64,000 bases of DNA from Thermodesulfobacteriota bacterium (GCA_965216785.1 OZ244197.1:1728001-1792000); one strand, 5' to 3'. Positions 10,172-20,850 are shown, numbered from the stretch's first letter. Translations and numbers: made by a program. The notes: generated by a model from the sequence alone, not told the origin.

Positions 10172-12556
10172 ATGAATTTCAAAATTTTAGCAATACTGGC
10201 TTTGGTTGGCTTACTTTACGGTTGCAATTTGCAAGCGGAAGAGAAACAAACCGTTACGGCTTCGGAGTTGATAGATCGTTCGGTACTGCCAATACAACCC
10301 CCCAAGCGTGATCCTATAACTGAAATGGATGCTCGGAACGTCGAAACACCCGAGCGTTTTGATATAAAAGCCCCCGAAGGCGCTCCGAATATAGTAATAG
10401 TATTAATAGATGACATAGGCTACGGGGCATCGAGTACGTTCGGCGGCCCGATTTCTACACCGACGTTCGATAGGCTGGCTGAAAACGGCCTGCGGTTTAG
10501 CCGGTTTCATACTACAGCCTTATGCTCTCCAACAAGGGCGTCCTTACTTTCCGGCAGGAACCACCATGCGGTTAATGTAGGGTCTGTTATGGAGGTAGCA
10601 ACAGGTTTTCCCGGCAATCTAGGCCAAAGGCCTGATAACGCAAAATATGTAGCCGAAACTCTGCGCCAAAACGGTTACAGCACCGCCGCATTCGGCAAGT
10701 GGCATGAAACAGCGGCCTGGGAAGTATCGGTGTCGGGCCCGTTTTTCCGCTGGCCCACACATTCAGGATTCGATAAATTCTACGGGTTCATAGGTGGAGA
10801 GACCAATCAGTGGGACCCTGTTATATATGACGGCGTGACCAAGGTAGAGAAGAAGGACAACGAAGATTACCATTTTACGACAGACATGACCGATGAGGCT
10901 ATCGAGTGGATGAAATTTCAACATGCAATGACACCGGACAAGCCCTTTATGGTTTATTTCGCAACCGGGGCTGTACACGCGCCCCATCACGCACCGAAAG
11001 AATGGATTGAAAAATACGACGGGCAGTTCGACGGCGGCTGGGACAAACTACGCGAGGAAACATTTGCGCGTCAAAAGGAGCTTGGTTTAATTCCTGAGAA
11101 TACCAAATTGGCTCCAAAACCAGAAAGTATAAAAGATTGGGATCAACTAACACAAGAAGAGAAAAAGCTTTTCGCTATACAGATGGAAACATTCGCCGGA
11201 TTTACGGAACACACTGACAACGAGGTAGGACGCCTTGTGGATGCCATAGAGGAGATCGGCGAGCTCGACAATACGCTCTTTATCTATATTATGGGCGATA
11301 ACGGCTCCAGTGCCGAGGGGGGCTTAAACGGTACATATAATGAGCTCATAAATCTAAACGGGTTATTTGGTGTAGAGACTATCGAAAGTATGTCTGAAAA
11401 AGCCGATGAATGGGGAGGTCCCGATTCCTACCCGCACATGTCCGCCGCATGGGCGGTTGCTACGGACGTGCCTTTTACCTGGACCAAACAAATGGCCGCT
11501 GATTACGGAGGCACGCGGAACGGAATGGTGATGCATTGGCCAAGCGGTTTTTCTTCTAAAGGGGAGATCCGCTCGCAGTGGCACCACGTTAACGATATAA
11601 GCCCGACCATTCTTGAGGCAACGAAATTACCTGAGCCAAGGGTGATTAACGGAGTAGAGCAGCGTCCGATGGACGGGGTCAGTATGCTTTATGCTGCCAG
11701 AGATGAAGATGCCGAGGGCCGTCATACAACGCAGTATTTTGAGATGTTCGGCAACAGAGCCATATATCACGACGGCTGGCTTGCCCGTGTAGTACACCGC
11801 GTTCCATGGGAAGATAAACCCAAAAACACGCTCCAGGAAGATAAATGGGAGCTCTATAATACTGAAGAGGATTTTAGTCTCAGCAATGATCTGGCGGAGA
11901 CTAATCCTGAGAAGTTGGAAGAAATGAAAGCCTTATTTGAAAAAGAGGCTGTTAAAAATAATGTTTATCCCTTGGACGACCGTGTGTACGAGCGGTTTAA
12001 TCCAAAATTAGCGGGCCGCCCTGATTTAATGGGAGATAGAACCAGCTTAACTCTAGCAGAGGGAATGGACGGAATAATGGAAAATGCCTTCATCAATATA
12101 AAGAATAACTCTAAAACGATTACGGCGGACCTTGAGCTTAAAGGCAATGACCGGGGAATAATCTTGTCTCAGGGGGGTAAGTTTGGCGGCTGGGCTTTAT
12201 ACATGAATGAGGGCAAGCCCGCTTATACCTATAATTGGTTTGGATTGGAGAACTATACTATCACATCACCAAATGCCATCCCGAAAGGAAATGCGGAGGT
12301 TAAGCTGGAATTTGCCTATGAAGGCGGAGAAGAGCTTGGTAAAGGTGGTACCGCTACCCTTTATGTGAATGGAGAAAAGGTCGCTGAAGGTCAAATCGAA
12401 AAGACTATACCTGCTGTTTTCTCTGCTGATGAAACCGCTGATGTTGCAAAAGACGATGCTACACAAGTAGCAAACACCGTATTCAAAAACATGAATGATT
12501 CTGAATTTACGGGGTACGTTAAGAAGGTGGAAATAAGCATTCCTGAAAAACAATAA
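10172..12556 (+). CDS. Arylsulfatase (Cys-type, exported or lipoprotein)
   Basis: LIDDIG, CSPTRASLLSG signature, GKWH, GDNG; start MNFKIL with LYGC lipobox-like sequence. Confidence 0.92.
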   Translation: MNFKILAILALVGLLYGCNLQAEEKQTVTASELIDRSVLPIQPPKRDPITEMDARNVETPERFDIKAPEGAPNIVIVLIDDIGYGASSTFGGPISTPTFDRLAENGLRFSRFHTTALCSPTRASLLSGRNHHAVNVGSVMEVATGFPGNLGQRPDNAKYVAETLRQNGYSTAAFGKWHETAAWEVSVSGPFFRWPTHSGFDKFYGFIGGETNQWDPVIYDGVTKVEKKDNEDYHFTTDMTDEAIEWMKFQHAMTPDKPFMVYFATGAVHAPHHAPKEWIEKYDGQFDGGWDKLREETFARQKELGLIPENTKLAPKPESIKDWDQLTQEEKKLFAIQMETFAGFTEHTDNEVGRLVDAIEEIGELDNTLFIYIMGDNGSSAEGGLNGTYNELINLNGLFGVETIESMSEKADEWGGPDSYPHMSAAWAVATDVPFTWTKQMAADYGGTRNGMVMHWPSGFSSKGEIRSQWHHVNDISPTILEATKLPEPRVINGVEQRPMDGVSMLYAARDEDAEGRHTTQYFEMFGNRAIYHDGWLARVVHRVPWEDKPKNTLQEDKWELYNTEEDFSLSNDLAETNPEKLEEMKALFEKEAVKNNVYPLDDRVYERFNPKLAGRPDLMGDRTSLTLAEGMDGIMENAFINIKNNSKTITADLELKGNDRGIILSQGGKFGGWALYMNEGKPAYTYNWFGLENYTITSPNAIPKGNAEVKLEFAYEGGEELGKGGTATLYVNGEKVAEGQIEKTIPAVFSADETADVAKDDATQVANTVFKNMNDSEFTGYVKKVEISIPEKQ

Positions 12557-12796
12557 TCTGCGGGAATTCAAGCGAGTTTCCATTTAGCAGTGTTTGAGCT
12601 TGGGATTATGTAAATGCTGGCAGGTTAATTCTCTTCGTTCTTTGCTTAATATGCCTATAAGAGAAGTACTTTCGTCTATTTAACCCTTTTTCTACGAGGA
12701 TGGCTATAGCTTTGTTCATGCTCGGAACGTTTGACGCTATCTGTGTTGAGGTCATAATATATATGTAATTAATACCGCAATAGGGAGAACCGTGAT

Positions 12797-13390
12797 ATGA
12801 AAAGCAGGCTAGGCTTATCTATAACTCTGATATTTATTCTTTCCCTTACTCTAGGCTGTGTGCAGAAAAAGCAAGAAGACGCAGAAGAATCGTACTCGGT
12901 TTCTCAGATTCAGCGCGGACGACAGCTGGTGGCCGCGTCCAATTGCAGCGACTGCCACTCGCCAAAGATCCAGACCCCTGAAGACGACTTGACACCTGAT
13001 CCCACAAGGCTCATGTCCGGGCATCCGGAGGGCACTCCGCTCCCCGATCTTCCATATGAGAATATAGGCGCTCCCGGATGGGAAAGGGTTGTTTACACTA
13101 CGGATATGACCGTTTGGGTAGGTCCCTGGGGGGTGAGCTACTCGGCTAACCTGACTCCTGATCAGGAAACGGGTATCGGAGGCTGGACAGCGGATGATTT
13201 CGTAAAGACCATGCGCACAGGCACACATATGGGAATGGGTAGAGAGCTAATAGCTCCGATGCCCTGGGAAGACTACGCGAACTATAGCGACGAGGACCTC
13301 ATGGCAATCTACGCATACCTGAGAACGCTGACCCCTATCAGCAACAAAGTGCCTGCCCCCATCCCTCCGGACGACCCGTTGTTTCAATAA
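12797..13390 (+). CDS. Lipoprotein c-type cytochrome (monoheme)
   Basis: Lipobox LTLGC, CSDCH heme motif, ANLTPD.ETGIG.W, MPW distal Met. Confidence 0.85.
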   Translation: MKSRLGLSITLIFILSLTLGCVQKKQEDAEESYSVSQIQRGRQLVAASNCSDCHSPKIQTPEDDLTPDPTRLMSGHPEGTPLPDLPYENIGAPGWERVVYTTDMTVWVGPWGVSYSANLTPDQETGIGGWTADDFVKTMRTGTHMGMGRELIAPMPWEDYANYSDEDLMAIYAYLRTLTPISNKVPAPIPPDDPLFQ

Positions 13391-13483
13391 CTGCTGGGCA
13401 TATGTAGGGGCGCTTTTACATACTCTGCCTGAATAACTTGAGCAGGGCGGTTCCAATTTCACTCAATATAATTTCCCGACTTC

Positions 13484-14557
13484 TTAGTGAGAGGTGGTTT
13501 TCTCTTTAAGAATCTCCAGTACCGGTTTTGGCGTGTTGTCGGTATTTGGCGGCAATATCGGGTATTCAACTTTCGGCTGATCACCTGTCAGTGTTAATAG
13601 GAAAGCAGTGATATTCTCAACATCCTCGTCCGTAAGCTCGATTCCAAGCTGGGCCGAGCCCATAACGCCGACCGCTTGCTTTAGGCTCCAAACTTTCCCG
13701 GAATGAAAGTAGGGAGGAGTTAGCTCAATGTCTCGGAGCGTTGGCACTTTAAAGACAAACTTATCACTTTCTGTATTGGTAACCGCAAACCTTCCTTTAT
13801 CATCGGGGGGGAGTATATCCGCGCCTGGTTTCTGAACTAATCCAAATGGGAAATAACCGCTACCACCCATGTTAATCCCATTGTGGCACCCTGCGCAGCC
13901 CTTATCAACAAAAAGGCCGAGCCCTTCTTTTTCCTGAGCGTTAATTGCATCTTGATTACCTCCCAGGTATTGGTCAAAGCGTGAATTGGGTGTGAGTAGT
14001 GTTGCCTCAAATACTTCAATTGCCTTCACCGTGTTATCGAAAGAAACGGGGTTTTTGTCTTCCGGGAACGATTTAGTGAATAGCTCGACATACTCAGGCA
14101 TGCTGTTTAGAGTTTCTACGACTCGCTCCGGGGAATTGTTCATTTCAACTGATGCCTGCACCGGACCCTTGGCCTGCTCGGCGAGGTCCTTTGCCCTGCC
14201 GTCCCAGAACTGAGCTATATTAAATACGGAATTAAGTACTGTCGGGGCGTTCCTTGGGCCCCTTTGCCATGCGTGACCGACCGAAGTTTCTTGAAGATCA
14301 ACACCGCCCGTTCCCAGGTTATGGCAAGTATTGCAGCTTATGAGATTTGATGCAGATAATCTGGGCTCAAAGAAAAGCATCTTCCCAAGTTCTACTTTTT
14401 CAGGGGTTATAGGGTTGTTATCAAGTTCAGGCGGACTGTCGGGTACAGGTTTAAACAGGGCTTGTGACTTTTGAAGCAGATCATCCTCTGCCCGTATGGG
14501 CAGTGTTAAAATTAATGGTAATACTAAAAGGCAAGCCGTCAGAATTAACGTTCGCAT
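13484..14557 (-). CDS. ccp: Diheme cytochrome c peroxidase
   Basis: CNTCH and CAGCH, RNAPTV.N, QFWDGRA, FKVPTLR, PYFH; signal peptide. Confidence 0.92.
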   Translation of the reverse strand: MRTLILTACLLVLPLILTLPIRAEDDLLQKSQALFKPVPDSPPELDNNPITPEKVELGKMLFFEPRLSASNLISCNTCHNLGTGGVDLQETSVGHAWQRGPRNAPTVLNSVFNIAQFWDGRAKDLAEQAKGPVQASVEMNNSPERVVETLNSMPEYVELFTKSFPEDKNPVSFDNTVKAIEVFEATLLTPNSRFDQYLGGNQDAINAQEKEGLGLFVDKGCAGCHNGINMGGSGYFPFGLVQKPGADILPPDDKGRFAVTNTESDKFVFKVPTLRDIELTPPYFHSGKVWSLKQAVGVMGSAQLGIELTDEDVENITAFLLTLTGDQPKVEYPILPPNTDNTPKPVLEILKEKTTSH

Positions 14558-14641
14558 CTTCTAATCTCCTATATTAAGTATCTAAATCGCGCTCTTTGTT
14601 TATGGGCGGACTATATTACTTTACTTTTTTAAGAATAACAA

Positions 14642-14875
14642 TTAAAGCTCAATTGCGACATTATGATTTTTGGCCGTACTGCCCTCTACCTTTATAATAC
14701 TCTCAAGTTCGCTACAGCTTAGGTGCTTGGTGTTTTTTATCACCAGTTTTGAATCGGAAAGACTGCTTACAGAAGCGAAGCTCTGCATATCCTCTACCGA
14801 CCAGTCAGATGCATCGATAATAACCTCGGGCACATATGATAATATCTCTAAAACTTCATACTTTTGTCTGGACAT
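14642..14875 (-). CDS. Small hypothetical protein
   Basis: Strong AAGGAGG SD; co-oriented between adh and ccp. Confidence 0.65.
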   Translation of the reverse strand: MSRQKYEVLEILSYVPEVIIDASDWSVEDMQSFASVSSLSDSKLVIKNTKHLSCSELESIIKVEGSTAKNHNVAIEL

Positions 14876-14950
14876 ATAAGCCTCCTTGTGGCTTCATAAC
14901 CAACATTTTTAGTCTTAGCCGCTTATGTGCAATCAGTATCCTAATGTCGC

Positions 14951-16006
14951 TTAAGGCTGTATCGCAACTTTTATAACCCCGTCTTCCTGCGACGCGAACA
15001 ATCTGTATGCCTCCTCAATATCATCTAGAGAAAAGCGATGCGTTATGAGCTGTCTCAGATTTACCCTCTCGTTTTTAACCAGGCTCATAAGTCTCCTCAT
15101 TCTTTCCTTCCCGCCCGGACACAGTGTAGAGACAATTTTTTTATCTGCCAAGCCAAAGCCGAAGTCCTGGTTAGGAACCCCGATGTCATGGAGCTCTGTT
15201 GGGTATACGCCAAGGCTTGAGATCGTCCCGCCTACGCAGGTGGATCTTACACAATTCTCAAAGCTCTCCTGAAGCCCTATAGCCTCGATTGCTACATCTG
15301 CCCCTCTTCCCCCAGTTATGTCCATAACAGTATTTACAGGGTCATCGGATTTGTAATCTATTACGATATCAGCTCCCATTTTCTTTGACATTTCCATTCT
15401 CTGAGGCACGGTGTCAACGCCTATGATAAGCGATGCGCCCTTTAATCTTGCCCCAGCTACTGCGCTTAGTCCAATCGGCCCTTGTCCGAATACAACTACT
15501 ATGTCACCCACTTTGATTTCTGCGCTCTCAGCGCCGGATAGCCCGGTGGAAAAGATATCGGTCGTGAATAATACATCCTCATCCGACAGCTCGTCCGGTA
15601 TTCGGGCAAGATTGGCCATAGCGTTTGGGATCTTCACATAATCCGCTTGCGCTCCGTCAATGGTATTCCCCATCTTCCAGCCGCCCAGGAACCCTCCGCA
15701 CTGAGCCCAATGCGCGGAGAGACAGTACTCACACATACCGCAGGGTGTAATGGCATTTATGGCAACACGTTCTCCAAGCTCATAGCCCGAAACTCCCTCT
15801 CCGATATCGTGTATCACTCCAACCGGCTCATGCCCTATAATCTGACCGTGCTCCACCGGGTACTCGCCTCTCATTATGTGAACATCTGTACCGCATATAG
15901 TAGTAAGCGTTACCCTGATAACTGCTTCCCCCTGTCCCGCGACAGGGATAGGGCGATCCTCTAAACCGATTTTATTTACGTCTTTTAATATATTTGCTCT
16001 CATCAT
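14951..16006 (-). CDS. Zinc-dependent alcohol dehydrogenase (MDR family)
   Basis: CGTDVH, GHE, CGMCEYC...C, GQGPIG. Confidence 0.92.
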   Translation of the reverse strand: MMRANILKDVNKIGLEDRPIPVAGQGEAVIRVTLTTICGTDVHIMRGEYPVEHGQIIGHEPVGVIHDIGEGVSGYELGERVAINAITPCGMCEYCLSAHWAQCGGFLGGWKMGNTIDGAQADYVKIPNAMANLARIPDELSDEDVLFTTDIFSTGLSGAESAEIKVGDIVVVFGQGPIGLSAVAGARLKGASLIIGVDTVPQRMEMSKKMGADIVIDYKSDDPVNTVMDITGGRGADVAIEAIGLQESFENCVRSTCVGGTISSLGVYPTELHDIGVPNQDFGFGLADKKIVSTLCPGGKERMRRLMSLVKNERVNLRQLITHRFSLDDIEEAYRLFASQEDGVIKVAIQP

Positions 16007-16062
16007 GCTAAATTACCTCCCCAGTTATTTGGTATTTACCCTTACTTCCTATGTTAATAAAT

Positions 16063-16078
16063 GGCAATTCTTATGCCA
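16063..16078 (-). promoter_or_regulatory. Sigma54 -24/-12 promoter for adh unit
   Basis: TGGCATA-AGAA-TTGCC. Confidence 0.7.
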
Positions 16079-16150
16079 CATGGGCAGCATTCATATGTAG
16101 TTGGATATTATGAACAATCTGAGGTGTAGGAAATCGGTTCTTTATGTTGT

Positions 16151-16167
16151 TGTAAGATTTTAGGACG
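16151..16167. promoter_or_regulatory. Putative enhancer (UAS) site
   Basis: TGTAAGATTTTAGGACG, 73 bp upstream of the adh sigma54 site. Confidence 0.5.
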
Positions 16168-16225
16168 GCTAGATCATCATGTACTTTATATTTTAAGTCG
16201 GGTTATTAGACAGTGCTGTAGTCGG

Positions 16226-17233
16226 TCAACTCTTGATACGCTCTTCTGAAATTTGATTCACACATTCACGGCCTTCTTCAAAATCTTTTATATTTGAAAG
16301 AGTCGTATCCGCGATTGCTTCAAGCGCTTCTCTTGTAAAGAAAGCCTGGTGCCCTGTGATAAGCACGTTCGGAAAGGTCAGTAGGCGCGCGAAGACGTCA
16401 TCCTGTATCACCTCGTTAGTTAAATCCTCAAAGAACAGTTCTTCCTCTTCCTCATAAACGTCCAGTCCGAGATAGCCTATCTTCCCAGACTTTAGAGCCT
16501 GAATGACCGCCTTTGTATCAATCACTGCTCCCCTGCTAGTATTTATAATCATTACTCCCGGTTTCATCTTATTAATAGCATCGTTGTCAATCATGTGGTG
16601 CGTATCGGGCGTAAGAGGACAGTGAAGGCTGATTATGTCGGATTCACTGAAAAGCTGGCCAAGAGAAGTATAGGTTACGCCCAGGGCTTCACACTCTTTG
16701 GCCGGATAGGGGTCGTATGCTAATATCTTACAGCCCAATGCCTGCAGTATTCTTGCTAGAGCGGTTCCAATCTTCCCCGTGCCTACGATGCCTATTGTTT
16801 TACCGCTCAGGTTATAACCCAATAGCCCTTCGAGTGAAAAATTACCGTCCCTGACTCTAGAGTAGGCGCGGTGGGTCTTTCTGATGAGAGAAAGAATGAG
16901 GGCTAGAGTATGCTCTGCTACGGCCTGAGGGGAATAAGAAGGTACTCTTACTACCGTTATGCCGAGCTTCGCCGCATCTGCAAGGTCTACATTGTTAAAG
17001 CCCGCGCAGCGAAGCGCTACAAGCTCCGTTCCTCCTTCTTTGATTACCTTAAGGACATAACCGTCCAATATATCGTTAACAAAAACACAGACTGCTTTGA
17101 ATCCCGAAGCAAGCACAGAGGTTTCTCTATTTAGCGGCGGTTCAAAAAAAACCAGCTCGTGATTATAAAATTTGTTTCCCGCCTCTAGGAATTCCCTGTC
17201 ATACGATTTAGTGCTGAATACAGCTACCTTCAT
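16226..17233 (-). CDS. ldhA: D-lactate dehydrogenase (D-2-hydroxyacid dehydrogenase)
   Basis: MKVAVFS, LRCAGFNNVD, YSPQAVAEH, GTGKIG, NTSRG, DVYEEE, ITGHQAF. Confidence 0.9.
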   Translation of the reverse strand: MKVAVFSTKSYDREFLEAGNKFYNHELVFFEPPLNRETSVLASGFKAVCVFVNDILDGYVLKVIKEGGTELVALRCAGFNNVDLADAAKLGITVVRVPSYSPQAVAEHTLALILSLIRKTHRAYSRVRDGNFSLEGLLGYNLSGKTIGIVGTGKIGTALARILQALGCKILAYDPYPAKECEALGVTYTSLGQLFSESDIISLHCPLTPDTHHMIDNDAINKMKPGVMIINTSRGAVIDTKAVIQALKSGKIGYLGLDVYEEEEELFFEDLTNEVIQDDVFARLLTFPNVLITGHQAFFTREALEAIADTTLSNIKDFEEGRECVNQISEERIKS

Positions 17234-17336
17234 GTGAATCACCCCGTTATTATAGAGAGTAAAGCCACCGCTTCTCTTAATCAAGACACTTACAGCAATA
17301 GCATTGCTGCATGATACCAGAAGACTGATTATTAAA

Positions 17337-17353
17337 TGTATGAAAATCTTACA
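17337..17353. promoter_or_regulatory. Putative enhancer (UAS) site
   Basis: TGTATGAAAATCTTACA, 61 bp upstream of the sigma54 site at 17414. Confidence 0.5.
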
Positions 17354-17413
17354 ACGGACAGCCTGGTTAGCTGTTTTATGGCTTCCTAACTCACATTATA
17401 AGCGTCTTAGGTA

Positions 17414-17429
17414 TGGTACAAATCTTGCT
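17414..17429 (+). promoter_or_regulatory. Sigma54 -24/-12 promoter for ppsA unit
   Basis: TGGTACA-AATC-TTGCT. Confidence 0.7.
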
Positions 17430-17528
17430 GATAGTGTGAATAGTATAGTTGGACGGCGAATGTATTACATATCATAATTAATTGGGCGTTAATAACTGTT
17501 CAAAGTTTATATTTGGGAGGGACGAAAA

Positions 17529-17951
17529 ATGAGAAATTTTGTTTTTGTCACTTTATTCGCTTTTACTTTCTTCTCTGTACTGGGAGTTCAACATACGTAT
17601 GCAGAGAAGGTTCATGTCGTTAGGCTCAATAAATCACATGGGATAGTCGATAAAGAAAGGCCCAATGAGCTCACGGCGTATTTAGTATCGGAAAACGGTA
17701 GCGGGGGAGTGATAGTGACGCCAGTTGAGAGTCCCAAGTTCGGAATTATCAGAACGATTTATGCGAAAGAGAAAAAGGAGCTTCCGGATATCGGGCATCC
17801 TGGCGGCATAAAATCAGGCATTGAGCTTCGTATAGTATTTGAAGACTCCATGGTCGATCTTCCTCCTGAGGCCTGGATCACGCTTAATATCTACCAGTCA
17901 GGCGCAACCGAGATATGTACATACAGTATGGGATCTATTGTATGCGGATAA
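17529..17951 (+). CDS. Secreted hypothetical protein
   Basis: Signal peptide ending TYA; GGGAGGG SD. Confidence 0.7.
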   Translation: MRNFVFVTLFAFTFFSVLGVQHTYAEKVHVVRLNKSHGIVDKERPNELTAYLVSENGSGGVIVTPVESPKFGIIRTIYAKEKKELPDIGHPGGIKSGIELRIVFEDSMVDLPPEAWITLNIYQSGATEICTYSMGSIVCG

Positions 17952-17984
17952 TCATTTCCTGCATAAGTGAGTAAGGAGGCCCCT

Positions 17985-20399
17985 TTGACGAAAGAATCAA
18001 AATATATTCTTTGGTTTAAAGATATCGGCATCGAGGATATCCCTCTTGTTGGCGGTAAGAATGCTTCGCTTGGTGAGATGTACAGGGAGCTTGCGGCAGA
18101 GGGTATAAAGGTCCCCAATGGTTTTGCCGTCACGGCTCACAGTTACAACGATATACTGAGCTCATCAGGAATTTTAAATGATCTGAAAGACGCGATGGAT
18201 GGGCTTGATAAGAACGATGTTGCCGATCTGGCCAGGCGCGGCAAGCACGCCCGCGATTTAATTCTGGGGGCAGGAATTCCAGATGATATTTGGCAGGTGA
18301 TAGGGACTGCGTACGATGAGCTTTGCAAGGAATACGGTGTTAAAACCGATGTTGCGGTAAGGTCCTCGGCCACAGCAGAAGACCTGCCCACCGCTTCATT
18401 CGCGGGTCAGCAGGAGACCTATCTCAACATAAGCGGTAAGAGCGCGCTCAGAGAAGCATGCCTGAAATGCTTTGCGTCCCTCTTTACCGACAGAGCCATC
18501 TCTTACCGTATTGACAACGGCTTTGATCACTTTAAAGTGGCGCTTTCCGTGGGCGTGCAAAAGATGGTGCGCTCGGACCTGGCGACGAGCGGAGTGATAT
18601 TCACACTGGACACCGATACGGGTTTCCGCGACGTAGTCCTGATCACAGCTTGTTACGGGCTTGGAGAAAACATAGTCCAGGGGACAGTTAATCCCGATGA
18701 GTATTACGTGTTTAAACCTACCTTCAGGAGTGGTCATAGGGCAATCATCAAAAAAAACCTAGGTCAGAAGAAGATAAAAATGGTCTATGGTATAGGCGAT
18801 TCAAAGATGCTGACCCGGAATGTGGAAGTGTCGGCGATTGATAGAAGGCGCTTTTGTGTTTCAGACGAAGACCTTTTAAAATTAGCCGGCTATGCAATTG
18901 CAATAGAAGATCATTATACAGAAAAGGCGGGCGAACCGAGACCTATGGATATTGAGTGGGCTAAGGACGGCATGACCGGGGAACTCTTTATAGTTCAGGC
19001 AAGGCCTGAGACCGTGCAGGCGTTAAAAGACAGGGACGTTTTGGAAACATATCGCCTGGACGAAAAAGGGGAGGTCCTTGCTTCGGGTAAGAGCGTTGGA
19101 GAAAAGATAGCGAGCGGTAAAGCAAGGCTAGTGCGCGACTCCGGGAGTCTTTCAATGGTAGAGCCCGGTGAGGTTATTGTTGCCAACACCACTACGCCCG
19201 ATTGGGAGCCTGTGATGAAAACGGCCTCGGCCATCGTAACTAACAGGGGAGGTAGGACTTGTCATGCGGCCATCGTGAGCCGGGAGCTCGGAATACCGGC
19301 TGTTGTGGGCGCGGAGAACGCTACTGAAAATATAGATGACGGAATGCCGGTTACGGTAAGCTGCGCTCAGGGAGAGAAGGGTTTGGTTTATGAGGGTGAG
19401 CTTCCTTTTCATGTTGATAGAGTCACTCTGACAGATCTAAAGCGACCGAAAACAAAGATAATGATGAACCTGGCAAACCCAGAGCTTGCTTTTTCACTGT
19501 CCATGGTGCCAAATGACGGCGTTGGGCTTGCGCGTGTGGAGTTTATAATCACAAGCTACATCAAGATTCATCCCATGGCTCTCTTATATCCGGAAAAAGT
19601 CACAGACCCTAAGGCAATGAATGAAATCTACTATCTGACCTACGGCTATAAAGATAAAAAGTCCTATTTCGTCGACAGACTATCAGAGGGAGTAGGCACC
19701 ATTGCCGCGGCGTTTTATCCAAAACCCGTAATAGTGCGTATGAGCGATTTCAAAACTAATGAGTACGCAAGCCTTGTGGGAGGTGAGTTCTTTGAGCCCG
19801 CGGAGGAAAACCCCATGATAGGTTTTCGCGGAGCTTCACGTTACTACGATGAAAAGTACCGTGAAGGATTTGCGCTCGAATGCGAGGCCATGAAAAGAGT
19901 GCGTGAGGATATGGGACTCACAAATCTTGTGATAATGATCCCGTTTTGCAGAAGGGTGGAAGAGGCTAAAAAGGTGCTGGACGAAATGGCTAAAAACGGT
20001 CTCGTAAGGGGCGAGAGGGAGCTTGAGGTTTACGTGATGTGCGAGATACCGAATAACGTTATCCTGATAGATGAGTTCAGCGAGCTCTTTGATGGGTTTT
20101 CCATAGGCTCAAACGACCTGACGCAGCTTACTCTGGGAGTTGACAGAGACTCTGAGCTAATTGCACACGACTTTGATGAAAGAGACCCGGGTGTTATTAA
20201 GATGATCTCCATGACCATCCAAGGCTCAAAGCGCAATCAGACCCACTGCGGCATTTGCGGGCAGGCCCCGAGTGATTATCCTGAATTTGCGGAGTTCCTG
20301 GTCCGGGAAGGGATTGAGTCAATCTCACTAAACCCTGACTCGGTTATGAAAACTACACTCAGGGTAATAGAAATTGAGGAAGAGCTAGGTAATTTATAA
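17985..20399 (+). CDS. ppsA: Phosphoenolpyruvate synthase
   Basis: VGGKNASLGEM, VRSSATAED, GGRTCHAAI phospho-His, FSIGSNDLTQ, CGQAPSD; TTG start after AAGGAGG preferred. Confidence 0.96.
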   Translation: MTKESKYILWFKDIGIEDIPLVGGKNASLGEMYRELAAEGIKVPNGFAVTAHSYNDILSSSGILNDLKDAMDGLDKNDVADLARRGKHARDLILGAGIPDDIWQVIGTAYDELCKEYGVKTDVAVRSSATAEDLPTASFAGQQETYLNISGKSALREACLKCFASLFTDRAISYRIDNGFDHFKVALSVGVQKMVRSDLATSGVIFTLDTDTGFRDVVLITACYGLGENIVQGTVNPDEYYVFKPTFRSGHRAIIKKNLGQKKIKMVYGIGDSKMLTRNVEVSAIDRRRFCVSDEDLLKLAGYAIAIEDHYTEKAGEPRPMDIEWAKDGMTGELFIVQARPETVQALKDRDVLETYRLDEKGEVLASGKSVGEKIASGKARLVRDSGSLSMVEPGEVIVANTTTPDWEPVMKTASAIVTNRGGRTCHAAIVSRELGIPAVVGAENATENIDDGMPVTVSCAQGEKGLVYEGELPFHVDRVTLTDLKRPKTKIMMNLANPELAFSLSMVPNDGVGLARVEFIITSYIKIHPMALLYPEKVTDPKAMNEIYYLTYGYKDKKSYFVDRLSEGVGTIAAAFYPKPVIVRMSDFKTNEYASLVGGEFFEPAEENPMIGFRGASRYYDEKYREGFALECEAMKRVREDMGLTNLVIMIPFCRRVEEAKKVLDEMAKNGLVRGERELEVYVMCEIPNNVILIDEFSELFDGFSIGSNDLTQLTLGVDRDSELIAHDFDERDPGVIKMISMTIQGSKRNQTHCGICGQAPSDYPEFAEFLVREGIESISLNPDSVMKTTLRVIEIEEELGNL

Positions 20400-20470
20400 A
20401 AAACTAAAAAAGCAGTGACAGACCGTAAATGTTTTAAAATTGGGAATAATAATTTAAGGAGGGCTTTCTG

Positions 20471-20818
20471 ATGGTAAAAAATTATCCTGAGTCTTACAGG
20501 TCTTTACTGGATATGCAGAAAAAACTTTCAGCCGAGCTGCCGGGTCCAATGAAAAGCTTTGGTCGTCTGCACCAAGATGTGATAACAGATGCCGCACTGG
20601 ATACGAAAGCCAAGGAGCTCATTGCATTAGGTATTGGGATAGCAGTCAGATGCGATGGCTGTATCTCATATCACATTCATGATGCACTTGTGGCGGGAGC
20701 AACGCGAGAGGAAATAATAGAGACAATCGGGGTTGCAATACTCATGGGCGGCGGGCCTTCAATGGTTTATGGATGCGAGGCACTCGAAGCGTTGGACCAA
20801 TTCGATAAAGAGAATTAA
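20471..20818 (+). CDS. Carboxymuconolactone decarboxylase / AhpD-family protein
   Basis: KELIALGI..RCDGCI.YH...A...GAT.EEI, MGGGP. Confidence 0.88.
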   Translation: MVKNYPESYRSLLDMQKKLSAELPGPMKSFGRLHQDVITDAALDTKAKELIALGIGIAVRCDGCISYHIHDALVAGATREEIIETIGVAILMGGGPSMVYGCEALEALDQFDKEN

Positions 20819-20850
20819 ATTCTCGGTTTCTATTTTATAATCTCTTAATA

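Noticed and set aside
13397-13429. Possible terminator between convergent cytochrome genes
   Set aside because: Stem relies on several G-U pairs and a bulge, with no U-tract
14928-14943. Sigma54-like TAGGATACTGATTGCA upstream of the 77-aa ORF
   Set aside because: GG-to-GC spacing is one base short
17306-17319. Sigma54-like TGGTATCATGCAGC upstream of ldhA
   Set aside because: GG-N9-GC spacing and no TTGC
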